Below are positions 19,081-30,185 of a stretch of DNA of 64,000 nt, piece by piece (positions within the stretch are counted from its first letter, which is position 1; the number at the start of each line of letters is the position of its first letter). Made by a program: the position numbers and the translations under genes. The notes below the pieces were generated by a model. The model did not search any database. It saw only the letters and a program-made list of their open reading frames with translations, and was not told the origin of the DNA. Origin of the DNA: an uncultured delta proteobacterium (GTDB taxonomy: Bacteria; Myxococcota_A; Polyangia; Polyangiales; B10-G4); assembly GCA_963727445.1 (NCBI GenBank), contig CAVSGI010000012.1:285515-349514 (forward strand). Reading direction: 5' to 3'.

Positions 19081-20106
19081 CTATTTGTAGGCGACGGCCG
19101 CGCTCGACGGCCCGGCGAGCTGGATCACCTCGGTTCGCGCGAACCCTGCCTCGCGACACCAACCGTCGAAGTCCGCGCCGGTGTAGTCGAAAGCATCTCC
19201 GAACTCGACCAGCATGTTGAGGGACATGAGCAGGCCGAAGGCGTTTTCCCGACGCGCGTCGTCGATGAGCGACTCGATCACGATGAAGGCGCCGCCTTCG
19301 GGCAGGGCGTCGTACGCCTTCTTGATGAGGTGCTTCTTCTTCTCGAGGTTCCAGTCGTGGAGGATCATGCCCATGGTGATCACGTCTGCCTTCGGCAGCG
19401 GGTCCTCGAAGAAGTCACCCGAGACGGCGGTGACGCGGTTCGAGAGGCCGGCCTTGTCGATCCACTTCGCGGCGATGGGCTGAACCGGCGGCAGGTCGAA
19501 GGTCTCGCAGCGCATGTGCGCGTGCTCGTTCGCCACGATGCAGGAGAGCTGCCCGGTGGCGCCGCCGACGTCGCAGAGGGTCTCGTACTTCGAGAAGTCG
19601 AACTGCTTCGCCAGGGCGTTGAAGTTGCCGGCGGAGATCCCGACCATGGCGTTCATGAACTGCTCGAGCCTCGCGGGGGCGGCGTAGAGCTTGGCGAAGA
19701 GCGGCTCGCCGGTGTCCTTGATCTCGTTCTGGGGCTGACCCGTCCGCAGGCCATCGGTCAGACGGGCCCAGAAGGGATAGAGGCGGGCGTTGGCCATCTC
19801 CAGGATGCCGCCGATGTAGTGGGGGCTGTTTCGGTCGAGGAAAGCGGCGGTCTCGTCGGTGTTCTCGTAGATCGCGCTCTCACCTTCACCGTCGCGGGCG
19901 AGGAAGCCCAGGGCGACGAGGGCATCGAAGAAGTCGTAGGTGGCGCGCTCGCCGATCTCGATCCGCTTCGCCAGCTCGGGGCCCGTGCAGCTCTCCTTCG
20001 CCAACACCGTGAAGACGCCGAGCTCCACCGCGCTCAGGAGGGTCTTCGACGCGAAGAAGCCCATACCGACCTGCATGATGTGGGAGGGATCTAGTTGTTT
20101 TTCCAT
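19081..20106 (-). CDS. SAM-dependent O-methyltransferase (dimerisation domain plus Methyltransf_2)
   Basis: N-terminal SKTLLSAVELGVF, DVGGATG, GDFF and ILHDW. Confidence 0.92.
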   Translation of the reverse strand: MEKQLDPSHIMQVGMGFFASKTLLSAVELGVFTVLAKESCTGPELAKRIEIGERATYDFFDALVALGFLARDGEGESAIYENTDETAAFLDRNSPHYIGGILEMANARLYPFWARLTDGLRTGQPQNEIKDTGEPLFAKLYAAPARLEQFMNAMVGISAGNFNALAKQFDFSKYETLCDVGGATGQLSCIVANEHAHMRCETFDLPPVQPIAAKWIDKAGLSNRVTAVSGDFFEDPLPKADVITMGMILHDWNLEKKKHLIKKAYDALPEGGAFIVIESLIDDARRENAFGLLMSLNMLVEFGDAFDYTGADFDGWCREAGFARTEVIQLAGPSSAAVAYK

Positions 20107-20217
20107 GGCTTTTCTCCTGGGAGCCAATCGCTTGAACAGCGAACATTTGATAAATCAAGCTTTAGCAGGTATATGTTTCACTAGTCAAGTGTTGAATTGT
20201 GTATATTTGATCTCGCG
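20107..20217. promoter_or_regulatory. AT-rich divergent promoter with probable MarR operator(s)
   Basis: Markedly AT-rich. TTGATAAATCAA inverted repeat at 20147-20158 and TTCACTAGTCAA at 20177-20188. Confidence 0.6.
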
Positions 20218-20676
20218 ATGCCCGATGACGTTCCCGTTCGCGACAAGTCCCAGATCCGCATGCTTCGCGCGGTGATGCGGGCCAACGCCGCCTTCCGGAA
20301 CCACTACAAGGAGTCGATGGCGAAGAAGGTCGGCCTCTCGATGACGGAGTTCGACTTCATCGCGGGGCTCGGGAACACCGGCGGGCTGCGCATGAGCGAC
20401 CTGGCCCAGGCCATGATCACCACACCCTCGAACGTCACCCGCATCTGCGCGGCCATGGAGAAGAAGGGGATCGCCGTTCGCGAGCGTTCGAGCGAGTCCG
20501 ATCGCGAGGTGATCGCCAAGCTCACGCGCGAGGGTCAGAAGCTCTTCGACGAGGTCTTCCGTCCTGTCGTCGATTGGACGATCGAGTTGATGGACCGCAA
20601 TTCGACGCCTTCCGAGCAGATCGCGGTCGCCGAGACCCTGGAGCGTCTGGTCAAGGACCTCACCGACAAGCGCTAG
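20218..20676 (+). CDS. MarR family transcriptional regulator
   Basis: GLSMTEF...SDLAQAM...SNVTRIC...DREVIAKLTREG winged-helix pattern; divergent from the methyltransferase. Confidence 0.9.
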   Translation: MPDDVPVRDKSQIRMLRAVMRANAAFRNHYKESMAKKVGLSMTEFDFIAGLGNTGGLRMSDLAQAMITTPSNVTRICAAMEKKGIAVRERSSESDREVIAKLTREGQKLFDEVFRPVVDWTIELMDRNSTPSEQIAVAETLERLVKDLTDKR

Positions 20677-20814
20677 CGCTGCCCGAGGCACCACCGGCCG
20701 ACGCGCCGGCGTCATGCACCGCGGACGATGGGGCGTTCTGCACGCAGCTCACGACCGAGCGGCGCCCGAGCCTCGCGGCCCGGGCGCGAATTGCGCCGCA
20801 GTCGCTCGACCCTT

Positions 20815-22773
20815 CTACGGGTGGAAGTACTGCAGGTACAGCCCGTCCTCGAGGTCGGGCGTGTTGCAGGAGAACTGGAGGGAGTCGGTGGCCGAGCCGT
20901 TGATGCCGGTGGTTGCGGATGCGCCGTTGTCGTAGCTCGAGCTGCCGAAGATGGTGTCGGCGTAACAGACCCGAACGTTGCCGGTGTCCTCTTCGAGGAC
21001 GGCGGTGACGTCGATGGTGTTCCCGGTGCTCACACCGATGTGGTAGATGTTCCAACGCGCCACGAACTGGCGGCTGGGGGCAGAGCCGACCGTCTCGTAC
21101 TGCACCGTGCCGCCGGTCGGCGGGTAGAGATCATCCCAGAAGGCGGCGATGAACTCGGTTGGGGCCGTCGTCCGCGGTAGACACGCGTTGGTGTAGGAAA
21201 GCGCCGTCGATCCGAAGGCGAGCGCGCCGTTGGCTTCGATGACGACGTCGGTCTGCGGCGTGCCGTAGTAGTCGAAGGTGAACCCGAGCGGCACCGTGAC
21301 CTGGCCGTCGTCGCTCAGGGTCAGCGCCGTGCCCGTCGACGAGATGTCCGGGCAGGGAAGCGTCGCGGGAGTGAGCACCAGCGAGCACCCGAAGTAGCCG
21401 AAAGTGTCGCGCCCGCCGCCGGGGAAGGGCACGCAGCCGACGGTGCCGCAGATGCCCATCGTGCAGGTGCCGGTCATGCAGTCGGTGGCGTCGTCGCAGA
21501 GGCGGAAGTCGACACAGCGCGGGCAGGTCCCGGGGCCGCCGCAGTCGACGTCTGTCTCGGTCCCGTTCCGTACGCCGTCGACGCAGGAAGGGGCCTGACA
21601 GGTGCCGCCGGTGCAGACGCCCGAGGCGCAGTCCGACGCCGCGGTGCACATCTCGGTCGGCATGCATCCGAGACAGGTCGCGCCGCCGCAGTCGACGTCG
21701 GACTCGTCCTGGTTCTGGATCATGTCTTCGCAGGAGGGCGCGATGCAGGTGCCGCTGACGCAGTTGAGGCTGGTGCAGTCCGAGGGGATCGCGCACATCA
21801 GGGTGTCGGCGCAGGCAGGGCAGATGGCGCCGCCGCAGTCGACGTCGGTCTCGTCGCCGTTCATCACGGTGTCGAGACAGGAGATGCAGGTGCCCGCCTC
21901 GCATCGCATCCCGCTGCAATCGGCGTCGTCCGTACAGGAGGCGCCGTCGTCGCAGCGGGGGCAGGTGGTCATCCCGCCGCAGTCCACGCCCGTCTCCTCC
22001 CCGTTCTGGACACCATCGGAGCAGGACACGCAGGCGCCCATGTCGCACTGCATGCTCATGCAATCCGAGTCCATCACACAGGAGAAGAGGTCGCGACACG
22101 CCTCGCAGACCGTTCCGCCACAGTCGACAGCGGTCTCGTCCTGGTTCTGCACGCGATCGCTGCAGTCCGGCATGGTGCAGGTGCCGGCGTCGCAGATGAG
22201 GCTCTCGCAATCGGTGGGCAGCAGGCAGCTCTGGCTGCCGGCGCACGCGGGGCAGGTGTCGCCACCGCAGTCCACGTCGGTCTCGTCGTTGTTCATGACG
22301 CCGTCTTCGCAGCTCGACATGGCGCAGACGTTGTCCACGCACATGTCGCTGAGACAGTCGGTCCCGACGTTGCAGGGCTTGCCGCCTGCGCATCCGTCGC
22401 ACGTCGGGCCGCCACAATCGTCGCCGGTCTCGTCGCCGTTCTGGATCCCGTCGCTGCAGCTCGGCATCAGGCAGAACATGCCGCGGCAGACACTGCTCTC
22501 ACAGTCCGTGGCGCGGACGCAGCCGAGACCTGCGGCGCACGGCGGGCAATCTCCGCCGCCGCAGTCGGTCGACGTCTCCTGGCCATTGCGCACGCCGTCG
22601 GTGCACATCCCGCCACCCCCGTCGCTCGGAGGCGAGGTGTCGCGGGTAGTGCCGGTGTCGATGGGTATGCCCCCGTCGCCACGGGTCCCGCGTTCCGAGC
22701 AGCCGACGACCGCGATCGAAAGAATGAAGAAGCCGATGGCGAGCGGCGCTCGCCCCCCAGTAGTCCAATCCAT
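20815..22773 (-). CDS. Cys-rich repeat lipoprotein with nidogen(NIDO)-like C-terminal domain
   Basis: Lipobox VVGC; 8 repeats of CxDxxxNxxE[TS]xxDCGG; C-terminal SDD...LGFTFDYYG...NG...IAAFWDDL. Confidence 0.85.
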   Translation of the reverse strand: MDWTTGGRAPLAIGFFILSIAVVGCSERGTRGDGGIPIDTGTTRDTSPPSDGGGGMCTDGVRNGQETSTDCGGGDCPPCAAGLGCVRATDCESSVCRGMFCLMPSCSDGIQNGDETGDDCGGPTCDGCAGGKPCNVGTDCLSDMCVDNVCAMSSCEDGVMNNDETDVDCGGDTCPACAGSQSCLLPTDCESLICDAGTCTMPDCSDRVQNQDETAVDCGGTVCEACRDLFSCVMDSDCMSMQCDMGACVSCSDGVQNGEETGVDCGGMTTCPRCDDGASCTDDADCSGMRCEAGTCISCLDTVMNGDETDVDCGGAICPACADTLMCAIPSDCTSLNCVSGTCIAPSCEDMIQNQDESDVDCGGATCLGCMPTEMCTAASDCASGVCTGGTCQAPSCVDGVRNGTETDVDCGGPGTCPRCVDFRLCDDATDCMTGTCTMGICGTVGCVPFPGGGRDTFGYFGCSLVLTPATLPCPDISSTGTALTLSDDGQVTVPLGFTFDYYGTPQTDVVIEANGALAFGSTALSYTNACLPRTTAPTEFIAAFWDDLYPPTGGTVQYETVGSAPSRQFVARWNIYHIGVSTGNTIDVTAVLEEDTGNVRVCYADTIFGSSSYDNGASATTGINGSATDSLQFSCNTPDLEDGLYLQYFHP

Positions 22774-22840
22774 TGCGGAAACCTAGTAGGTGGAAGGGGC
22801 TCGCGCACGCGGTGAGCGCAATTCCCTTTCGGAGCCCCGA

Positions 22841-23230
22841 TTAAGGGCCGAGGGAGCCCTTCCTTGCTCGGAGACGCTTCCGAAAACGGGCGAAAGCCAG
22901 CACGCCCAGCGCTCCGCCGACGAGGTCCACCGCCACATCGAAGGCCGAGTCCCTCGTGGGGGCATGGCGGATGGCGAGGCTCTGGAGCCCCTCCTGCACG
23001 ATGGCGATCGAGACGAAGGCCGCGAAGGGTAGCGCGACCCCACGAGGTCCGAGGTCGGAGATGCCGGCTGCGAGGACGCCGTACAGAAAGAGGTGAGCGA
23101 CGATGTGCAGCGGCTCGAAGGCGAGCACGCTCCGCGTCGTCCCGGAGGCGCCCGAGACGACGACGGCTGCCAGGACGGCCAGCACCATCAGGAGCGTGAC
23201 CCACAGGATGACGAAGCGGTAGCGACCCAC
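22841..23230 (-). CDS. VanZ-like membrane protein
   Basis: Motifs HLFLYGVL, QEGLQ and DVAVDLVG, with four hydrophobic segments. Start set at GTG 23230. Confidence 0.65.
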   Translation of the reverse strand: MGRYRFVILWVTLLMVLAVLAAVVVSGASGTTRSVLAFEPLHIVAHLFLYGVLAAGISDLGPRGVALPFAAFVSIAIVQEGLQSLAIRHAPTRDSAFDVAVDLVGGALGVLAFARFRKRLRARKGSLGP

Positions 23231-23369
23231 CCTCTGGATTCTGACCGCTGCAAGGGGCCCGCGCACCTTCGCCCCGCGCGATCCGTCGCGGAGCGGGGCG
23301 AGCGGTCTCGAGCAAGGGGCGACCGGTCGCGATCGCCGAGGATGATAAGATGGCGCGAGAGGGGTTTTC

Positions 23370-23909
23370 ATGAAGAAGCTTGCGATGACTGGCTGGGTCC
23401 TCCTCTTCGCGCTCGGGTGCGGAGACGACGGGACCTCATCGGATGCCACGACGGACGCCGCACTCGACGCGGTCGCCGACACCGGAGGCGGTGACATCGG
23501 CACCGGGGACGGCAGCGCGGGCGACGGCGGCGCGGGCGACGGCAGCGCGCGTGACGGCAGCATGTCGATGCCGAACGGCGTCCTCTGCGTTTCGGGAAGC
23601 GGTGACTGCGCGGTGGGCGAGGTCTGTTGCGGCACGTCGTCGGACATCACCTGCCAGGATCCGAGCGCGGCGTGTGATGGCGAGCTCTACGAATGCGACG
23701 GAGCGGAGGATTGCGCGACGGGGGAGCTCTGCTGTGGGGGACCCGGAAGCAGCTGCACCGCCACCTGCGCGGGCGCCAGATTCTGCCACACGGACACGGA
23801 CTGCCCGACTGGCCAGACCTGCTGCCAGAACGGAGGCGCGGTGCCCTTCGGGGCCTACAGCAGCTGCACCGCCCTGGGCGCCGGCGAGCCGTGCCCGATG
23901 CCCCCGTGA
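23370..23909 (+). CDS. Small Cys-rich lipoprotein
   Basis: Lipobox ALGC, DG-rich linker and three C...C..G..CC repeats. Confidence 0.8.
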   Translation: MKKLAMTGWVLLFALGCGDDGTSSDATTDAALDAVADTGGGDIGTGDGSAGDGGAGDGSARDGSMSMPNGVLCVSGSGDCAVGEVCCGTSSDITCQDPSAACDGELYECDGAEDCATGELCCGGPGSSCTATCAGARFCHTDTDCPTGQTCCQNGGAVPFGAYSSCTALGAGEPCPMPP

Positions 23910-23927
23910 GACGAGCGCACGAGGAGT

Positions 23928-26716
23928 ATGATTCGAAGCGTGCGTCGCTCCGGCATGCCTCGCGCGTTCGTCTTCCTGGTGGCTTCGCTCGCCTGCGGCG
24001 CTTTTGTTGCCTGTGGGGACGACGGGACCACGACCGATGGCGGCGCCGACGCGGACGGCGGCGGCAGTGATGGAAGCATCGACCTGCCCATCGCCGAGCC
24101 CGCGGCGCCGATGGGTACGGTGGCGAGCCCCGCAGCCCCGGCCCCGCCCGCGCGCGTGGACTTCGGTACCTGCGCGACAGGCTGGAGTGCGCGGGCCCTG
24201 TCGGGTGGGGAGAGCGTTTGCGAGCCGTGGGCGGCTGAAACCGACGAGACCTGCGCAGACGCGAGCATGCTCCTTCCTTCGGAGGGCGCTTGCCGAGCGG
24301 TGGGCGACGCGTGCCCGAGCGGCGAGTGGCCGACCCTCCCCGCGGGCCGACCCGTCAGGTACGTGCGCGAGGGGGCGACCGGTGGTGACGGCAGCGCCGC
24401 GCTCCCTTTCGGTGCCATCACGGACGCCCTCGCCGGGGCGGCCTCTGGCACCGTCGTAGCCATCGCCCGCGGCACTTACGTCGAGGACGTGACGATCTCG
24501 GCAGACGTGATGCTCCTCGGTGCGTGCGCCGGCGAAACCACCATCCGAGCCGCCTCGTCGAGCCCCATGGAGGGGACGCTCCAGGTCCGAAACGGAAACG
24601 TCGAGCTTCGCAACCTGACCCTCGGCGGAGACCGCCCGGGGCTCGTGGTGCAGGGCGCATCGACGGCGGTGGTGGCGAGCGGCGTCGTGGTCGCGGACGC
24701 GCAGTCGACCGGAGTCATCGTCAGCGGCGGGCGCCTCGACGCCACCGATCTGGTCGTACGCGACACCCGAGCGGCGAGCGGAGGGGATTTCGGCCGCGCC
24801 TTCGTCGTGGCCTCGGGCGCAGAGGTCACGCTCGAGCGCGCCGACATCCGCCGCAATCGAGACATCGGCATCATCGCCGACGGAAGCGCGACGACCATCG
24901 CCCTGACCGACGTGGTGCTGCGCGACACCCTCGGCCAGGACAACGACAGCTCGGGGGGCACCGGCGTCTTTCTGCAGAACGGTGCCACTGCGACGCTCAC
25001 CGCGAGCGCGATCGAGCGGTCTCGAAACGGCGGCGTGGTCAGCCTCGGCGGGACCGTCACGCTCGAAGACGTGATGGTGCGAAGCGTACAGTCCGACGAA
25101 TCCACGGGGACGCTCGGCGTCGGGCTCTCGCTCCACGACGGCTCTCAGGCGACCTTGAGCCGCGTCTTGCTCGAGTCGGTGAGCCTCGCCCACGTCCGCG
25201 GGGCCGGAGGCGGCACGGCGATCACCGCGACCGATATCGCGATGCTGGACGCGACGGGGCAGGATGGCGACGGCCGTGGCGGGCTCGGGGTGCTTCTCGA
25301 AGACGGGGCCACGATGAATGCGACGCGAGCGGTGGTCGATCGGGTGGGCATCGGGGGGATCGGCGCCAGTCGCGCCGGCACGAGCTTCACTGGCGCGGAC
25401 GTGGTCATCCGCGGCGCGGATGGCGAGCCCGCCTCGGGCTCCGACGGCCGCGGGCTCCTGGTCCAGTTCGGCGCGTCGGCGTCGGTGGACCGCCTGCTCG
25501 TCCAGGATGCTCGGAACGCTGGGGTCTTCATCTACGACGCCGCCTTCGATGGCCGCGACGTGCGCGTGGTGGGTACGCGTGGGGAGCGCAGCGACGGTCG
25601 GTATGGCCGCGGTTTCGTCAGCGAGCTCGGTTCCGAGCTCTCGCTCGAGCGGGCGTCCATCGAGGACAACCGCGAGATCGGCCTCTTCGTTCACGGGGAC
25701 GGAGCGAGCGTCTCGCTCGACGACATCACGGTGACCGGCACTCGGCCGGACGAGACGAGCGGCACCGGCGGGCGCAGCATCGACTTCGAGGGCGGAGCGA
25801 CGGTGACGGGGGCGCGCTGGGCCGTCGACGACGGGACCGAGGTCGGGGTCTTCGTCGATGGGATGGGGACGACGCTCGACGTAGAGGATTCTGTCCATCA
25901 CGAACGTCGAAGGGCGGGGGTCCAGCATTCAGGCCGGCGCTCAGGTGACGGTTCGGCGCGCGAACATGAGCGCCGTGAACGATGGCGGCGTCTTCGCGAC
26001 AGGAGCGGGGACGTCCTTCCATGTCGAAGACGTGACCATCATGGACGTGGGCGCAGGCGAAGAAGGCTTCTTCGGTCGATGTGTCACGTCCCAGCTGGGG
26101 GCGACAGTAGAGGCGTCACGCATCATCGCCGAGCGCTGCACCGATCACGGATTCTTCGCGGCGGGCGAGGGTACGGTGTTGACCGTCGAGGACGCGCGGA
26201 TCACCGATGTCGCCTCGCGCGCAGCGGACGGCCGTTACGGCCGCGGAGTCAACGTGCAGGACGGTGCGCACGCGATGCTCATGCGGGTCACGGTACAGAG
26301 CGTGCGAGACGTCGGAGTGGCGGTGATCGGGACGGGCGCCCAGCTCGTGGGCTCGGATGTCGGCGTCGTGGACACGGCGCAGAGCGGATGCGCTCAGAGC
26401 AGCTGCGCCGACTCGCCGGGCGGCTTCGGAGTCGGCGCTGGCGGCTCTTCGAGCCTGTCGTTGGACGGTTTTGCGGTGGTGCGCGCGCCGCTTTGCGGCG
26501 TCTACGTCGGCGAGTCGGAGGGCGAGCTCGAATCTGTCGCACGGTGAGGTCCGCGAGACGGGGATCGGCGCCTGTGTGGCGCGCGAGGGCTATGACGTCG
26601 ACCGCCTCTCGACGGACGTCCGCTACGTCGACAACGACATCAACCTCGACTCGGTTTCCCTGCCGGTCCCGGACACGGGCGGGGTCGGGGACGCCGACCC
26701 CACGATCGACATGTGA
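23928..26716 (+). CDS. Beta-helix lipoprotein (paralog 2), split by two +1 frameshifts at about 25889 and 26531
   Basis: Lipobox FVAC. Homology to 12251..14329 continues through the frames of 25945..26547 and 26357..26716 (GACVAREGYDVDRL...NLDSVSLPVP matches GACVQADGYDLTRL...NLDATRLPVP). Confidence 0.8.
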
Positions 26717-26722
26717 CCAGCG

Positions 26723-27595
26723 TCAGGGCCGCATGATGCGGCCGGGCGCATCCTCGGCGCCGGTCTCCGAGTGACAGGCGTTGCATTCGCCGGTGAGCTG
26801 GGCCGGCGCCATCAGGCGCTCGCCATCCGGGCTCACGACCTTCGCGGTGTAGGGCATCTGGATCGGACCGTCCGCCGTCGCGTGGTAGAAGTTGCCCGAG
26901 CCGTTGACGGGCAACCGGAACTCCGCGCCCATCGCGTCCGTGATGACGATCTCGAGCGAGTCGAGGTCGCCGTCCGTGCCCTGACAGTCGTCTGGCTCGT
27001 GCGCCGTGTCGTACACCGTGCCGGAGACGTCGAACTCGGGTGCGTCGTTCAGCGAGTGGCAAGCGATGCACGCGGTCCCCGGGCGCATCAGTGGATCCGC
27101 CACGTTGCCCATGGTCCACTGCGTGTCGGTGGTGCAGACCGTCGGCGTGTCGTAGGGATTGCTCATGACCGCGGGCATTTCGTCGCACGTGCCGGCCGGG
27201 CTGCCCGCGGCGATCCACGCCATCAAAGCGCCGACCTCGCCCGCCGTCGGTGCGGGCAGCGGGGAGGGCGGCATCGGCGAGACCATGTCCTGCATTCGCA
27301 GCACGCACTTTTCGGCCACCGTCACCGAGTGGTCGGTGGGCGCGGGCGCCAGGAGATCGGCGCGCGTGAGCAGGGTCATGGGCGCGGTGGCGACCGTGGG
27401 ATTGGCGTGGCAGCCGAGGCAGTAGGTGGCGAGGAGGTCGGCGATGTCGCAGGGCAGCTCCGGCGCCGTGCTCATGTCGAGGGCGTCGCCGCTGTCCATC
27501 CCGCTGTCGGAGCCCGTCGATGCGTTCGACCCGCAAGCAGCCAGTGCGATCGAGAGCAAAGCTGAAAAGCGGCGCGCCACGGACCTCCTATCCAC
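26723..27595 (-). CDS. Triheme c-type cytochrome lipoprotein
   Basis: Lipobox LAAC and three CxxCH motifs: CLGCH, CIACH, CNACH. The true start may be GTG 27580. Confidence 0.8.
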   Translation of the reverse strand: MDRRSVARRFSALLSIALAACGSNASTGSDSGMDSGDALDMSTAPELPCDIADLLATYCLGCHANPTVATAPMTLLTRADLLAPAPTDHSVTVAEKCVLRMQDMVSPMPPSPLPAPTAGEVGALMAWIAAGSPAGTCDEMPAVMSNPYDTPTVCTTDTQWTMGNVADPLMRPGTACIACHSLNDAPEFDVSGTVYDTAHEPDDCQGTDGDLDSLEIVITDAMGAEFRLPVNGSGNFYHATADGPIQMPYTAKVVSPDGERLMAPAQLTGECNACHSETGAEDAPGRIMRP

Positions 27596-27692
27596 ACGTC
27601 CTCAGCCCGTCATAGGAGCGGAGGGACCCGGCGCAAGCGTAGAGGCGCAAACCCCTTGCGTACATCCCACGATTTGCGTGTGATCGGGCCGC

Positions 27693-28142
27693 ATGAAGGA
27701 TCGCTTCGACTGGCTCGAGGGCCTCGCGCCCCAGAGCGCAACGGCGGTGGGCGTGAAGTACGCCGCCAGGGCGATCGCCGACGAGCTCACCGAGTGGCCC
27801 CCGCGGATCGTGCTCGGGGGCGACCCGCGCTCGCAGCGCTTCGCCGCGCTTGTCGCGCCCGGCGCGAAGCGACCTTCGATGACCGCATTTCGCGAAGCGG
27901 TGAAGCGGGCGCGCTGGGAGCTGGAACGAAACTACGAGGCCATCGATCACTACGAGCGCAACGATCACCTCGCCGCGGCATGTCCCGACGAACGCGAGCG
28001 GCTCGGGGCCGAGCTGATGCGCGACTTCATCCTGGAGTACTTCTTCGAGCTCATCGAGCGCACCGAAAACAGGGTGAAGCGCGCCGACGTGCTCGTCGGG
28101 CTCGACGATCTGGAGCGGCACGTGGCCGCTCGCTGGAACTGA
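27693..28142 (+). CDS. Hypothetical protein
   Basis: ORF with normal protein composition filling the gap between genes. Confidence 0.7.
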   Translation: MKDRFDWLEGLAPQSATAVGVKYAARAIADELTEWPPRIVLGGDPRSQRFAALVAPGAKRPSMTAFREAVKRARWELERNYEAIDHYERNDHLAAACPDERERLGAELMRDFILEYFFELIERTENRVKRADVLVGLDDLERHVAARWN

Positions 28143-30104
28143 TCAACCGCGCCGGCGGCGCCGGGCGGCGAGGAGGAGCACCAGGCAGGTGGCGAGGAGC
28201 CCTCTTCGGTCATCGGCAGCGCTGGCGGTCGCGCACTGGATGCAGCCCGAGCCGTGGGAGATGAGCTGAGGGTCGAAAGGCTCGCTGTCGACCGGCGCGG
28301 CGTCGACGCTCGAGGCGTCGGGCAGGCCGCCGTCGGTGACCACTCCACCGTCGGGTGAGCCGACCACGGTATCGAGGTATTCGGGGATGCCGTCGGCGTC
28401 CGTGTCGACGGGCGGCGTGCATGGGTCGTCGTCGCCCGCCTCATCGGCGTCCAGGATTCCGTCGCCATCGGCGTCCGTGTCGTTCCAAGCGTCGAAACCA
28501 TCCCCGTCCAGGTCGGGGTTTTCGCCGGCATCGGCCATCTCCACCGCCGTGGGGATGCCGTCACCGTCCGCGTCGGAGCCCACGACCGTGAGGTGTTGAT
28601 AGGCGCCCAGCGCCGACGGAGTGACGCGAATGCGCGCCTGCGGCAGGTCGCCGTACTGAAACCACACGGTCAGGACGTGCTCGACGTCCGGGCTCTCACC
28701 GAGCCCGAAATGCAGGACGGGTGAGCCCTGGGTGCCGTGGCCGTCGCCGCCGCTCACCTCCCGCGCTCCGCTCTGCCAGCCGGGGCGCTCGAGTCGGGCC
28801 ACCGCCCCGTGATCCACGCGCGTGACCGACGCGTCCGGGCAACCCTGCACCTCCGCCAGGACGGTGACGGCGAGATAGTTGTCGTCGTCGGTGTCGTTCC
28901 GCAGCAGGGCGTTGTCGGCCGGGGTCTCCATGGACGTCATGGTCGTCGGATCGGTCACGACGCCGCCCCACTGGTTGACGTAGACGTCCAGGTCCCCGTC
29001 GTTGTCGAAGTCGACGAAGACCACGCCCTCGCCGTCATGGGTCGCGACGTTGTCGGTGACGTTGACGAAGGTCAGGTCGCCGGAGTCGGCGAGCTGGCTC
29101 ATGAAAGCGTCGTCGAGGTTGTTCTGGCTGTAGTAGAGGTCGAGGTCCCCGTCGTTGTCGAGGTCCCCGCAGTCGACGTCGTCGTTGTTGGTGCTGGTCA
29201 GGTCGGGCTGGGGTACGAGCGCGAAGGCGCCGTCGGTCTGAATCCACGCCTGGTTGATCCCGGTGCCGTAACCCGACGTGTAGAACACGTCGAAGTCGCC
29301 ATCGTTGTCGATGTCGCAGAAGGTGATGCCGCCGCGGCGGCTGGTGTCCGAGTAGAGGTCGCCCAGGTCGATCTGGGTGACGGATCCGTCCGCCTCCCGA
29401 TGTAGGAGATCGCCGCCGAGCTCGCGCCGATGACCGAAGTCGACCAGGCCGTCGACGTCCCAGTCGGCGACCGCGATGTAATCGCCCTCCGGGCCCGGGT
29501 CGGGGATGCCGGTGGCCGTCGGGTCCAGATAGACGAAGGCTGCGCTTCCATCCGCCGGGTTCTGATAGATGCGCAGCTCGCCGTCGTTGTCCATGACGAG
29601 GTCGAGGTAGCCGTCGTCGTTCCAGTCGACGACGCCGAGCCCTTCGTAGGCGCGGAGGTCGGGGTCGGTGCTGGGGTCCGAGACGAAGCTCGGCACGGCG
29701 CCGCTGCCGAAGACGTAGTCTGGCGAGCCGCCGTTGAGGTAGACCTCGAGGAGCTGCTGATCTGTGCGGGCGAAGTCGACGTATCCGTCGTTGTTCAGAT
29801 CGGCCGCGACGACGGAGCGCTCCCCGCGCAACCGGCTGAGGCCGACGGCATTCGTCGCCGTCACGTCCTCGAAGAGCGGGTCGGCGCCGGGGCGCTGGAA
29901 GAAGAGATGGCTCCGGCCGGAGGTGTTGACCACCACGTCGAGGTAGCCGTCGCCGTTGAAGTCGGCCCAGGTCTGACCGCCGTCCTTGATCCCGTTCAGG
30001 GCGAGGCCAGAGCTTGCCGTGATGTCGGTCAACGGCTGCGCCGAAGCCGAAAGGGCAAACCCTGAGAAGAGCACGGTCACGCACGCCGTCGTCAACCGAA
30101 CCAC
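28143..30104 (-). CDS. CRTAC1/ASPIC-UnbV-like FG-GAP repeat protein with MYXO-CTERM-like C-terminal anchor
   Basis: Signal peptide ending ASAQ; repeated DxDNDGDLD motifs; LHFGLG; DxDGDG Ca-binding repeats; tail GSGCIQC...LLATCLVLLLAARRRRRG. Confidence 0.85.
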   Translation of the reverse strand: MVRLTTACVTVLFSGFALSASAQPLTDITASSGLALNGIKDGGQTWADFNGDGYLDVVVNTSGRSHLFFQRPGADPLFEDVTATNAVGLSRLRGERSVVAADLNNDGYVDFARTDQQLLEVYLNGGSPDYVFGSGAVPSFVSDPSTDPDLRAYEGLGVVDWNDDGYLDLVMDNDGELRIYQNPADGSAAFVYLDPTATGIPDPGPEGDYIAVADWDVDGLVDFGHRRELGGDLLHREADGSVTQIDLGDLYSDTSRRGGITFCDIDNDGDFDVFYTSGYGTGINQAWIQTDGAFALVPQPDLTSTNNDDVDCGDLDNDGDLDLYYSQNNLDDAFMSQLADSGDLTFVNVTDNVATHDGEGVVFVDFDNDGDLDVYVNQWGGVVTDPTTMTSMETPADNALLRNDTDDDNYLAVTVLAEVQGCPDASVTRVDHGAVARLERPGWQSGAREVSGGDGHGTQGSPVLHFGLGESPDVEHVLTVWFQYGDLPQARIRVTPSALGAYQHLTVVGSDADGDGIPTAVEMADAGENPDLDGDGFDAWNDTDADGDGILDADEAGDDDPCTPPVDTDADGIPEYLDTVVGSPDGGVVTDGGLPDASSVDAAPVDSEPFDPQLISHGSGCIQCATASAADDRRGLLATCLVLLLAARRRRRG

Positions 30105-30185
30105 GGTACAGAGTCTAGCACCCGACGCCCGGGCGCGCCGGATACCGACCGCCGTCGCGCGATACGCGTAGAATCGCGCTACGAC

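Noticed and set aside
21500..22610. Periodic repeats of about 144 bp as a possible array or mobile element
   Set aside because: Explained by the protein's Cys-rich repeats.
25890..26774. C-terminal part of the 948-aa track ORF 23928..26774
   Set aside because: Out-of-frame read-through after a frameshift; the real protein continues in other frames.
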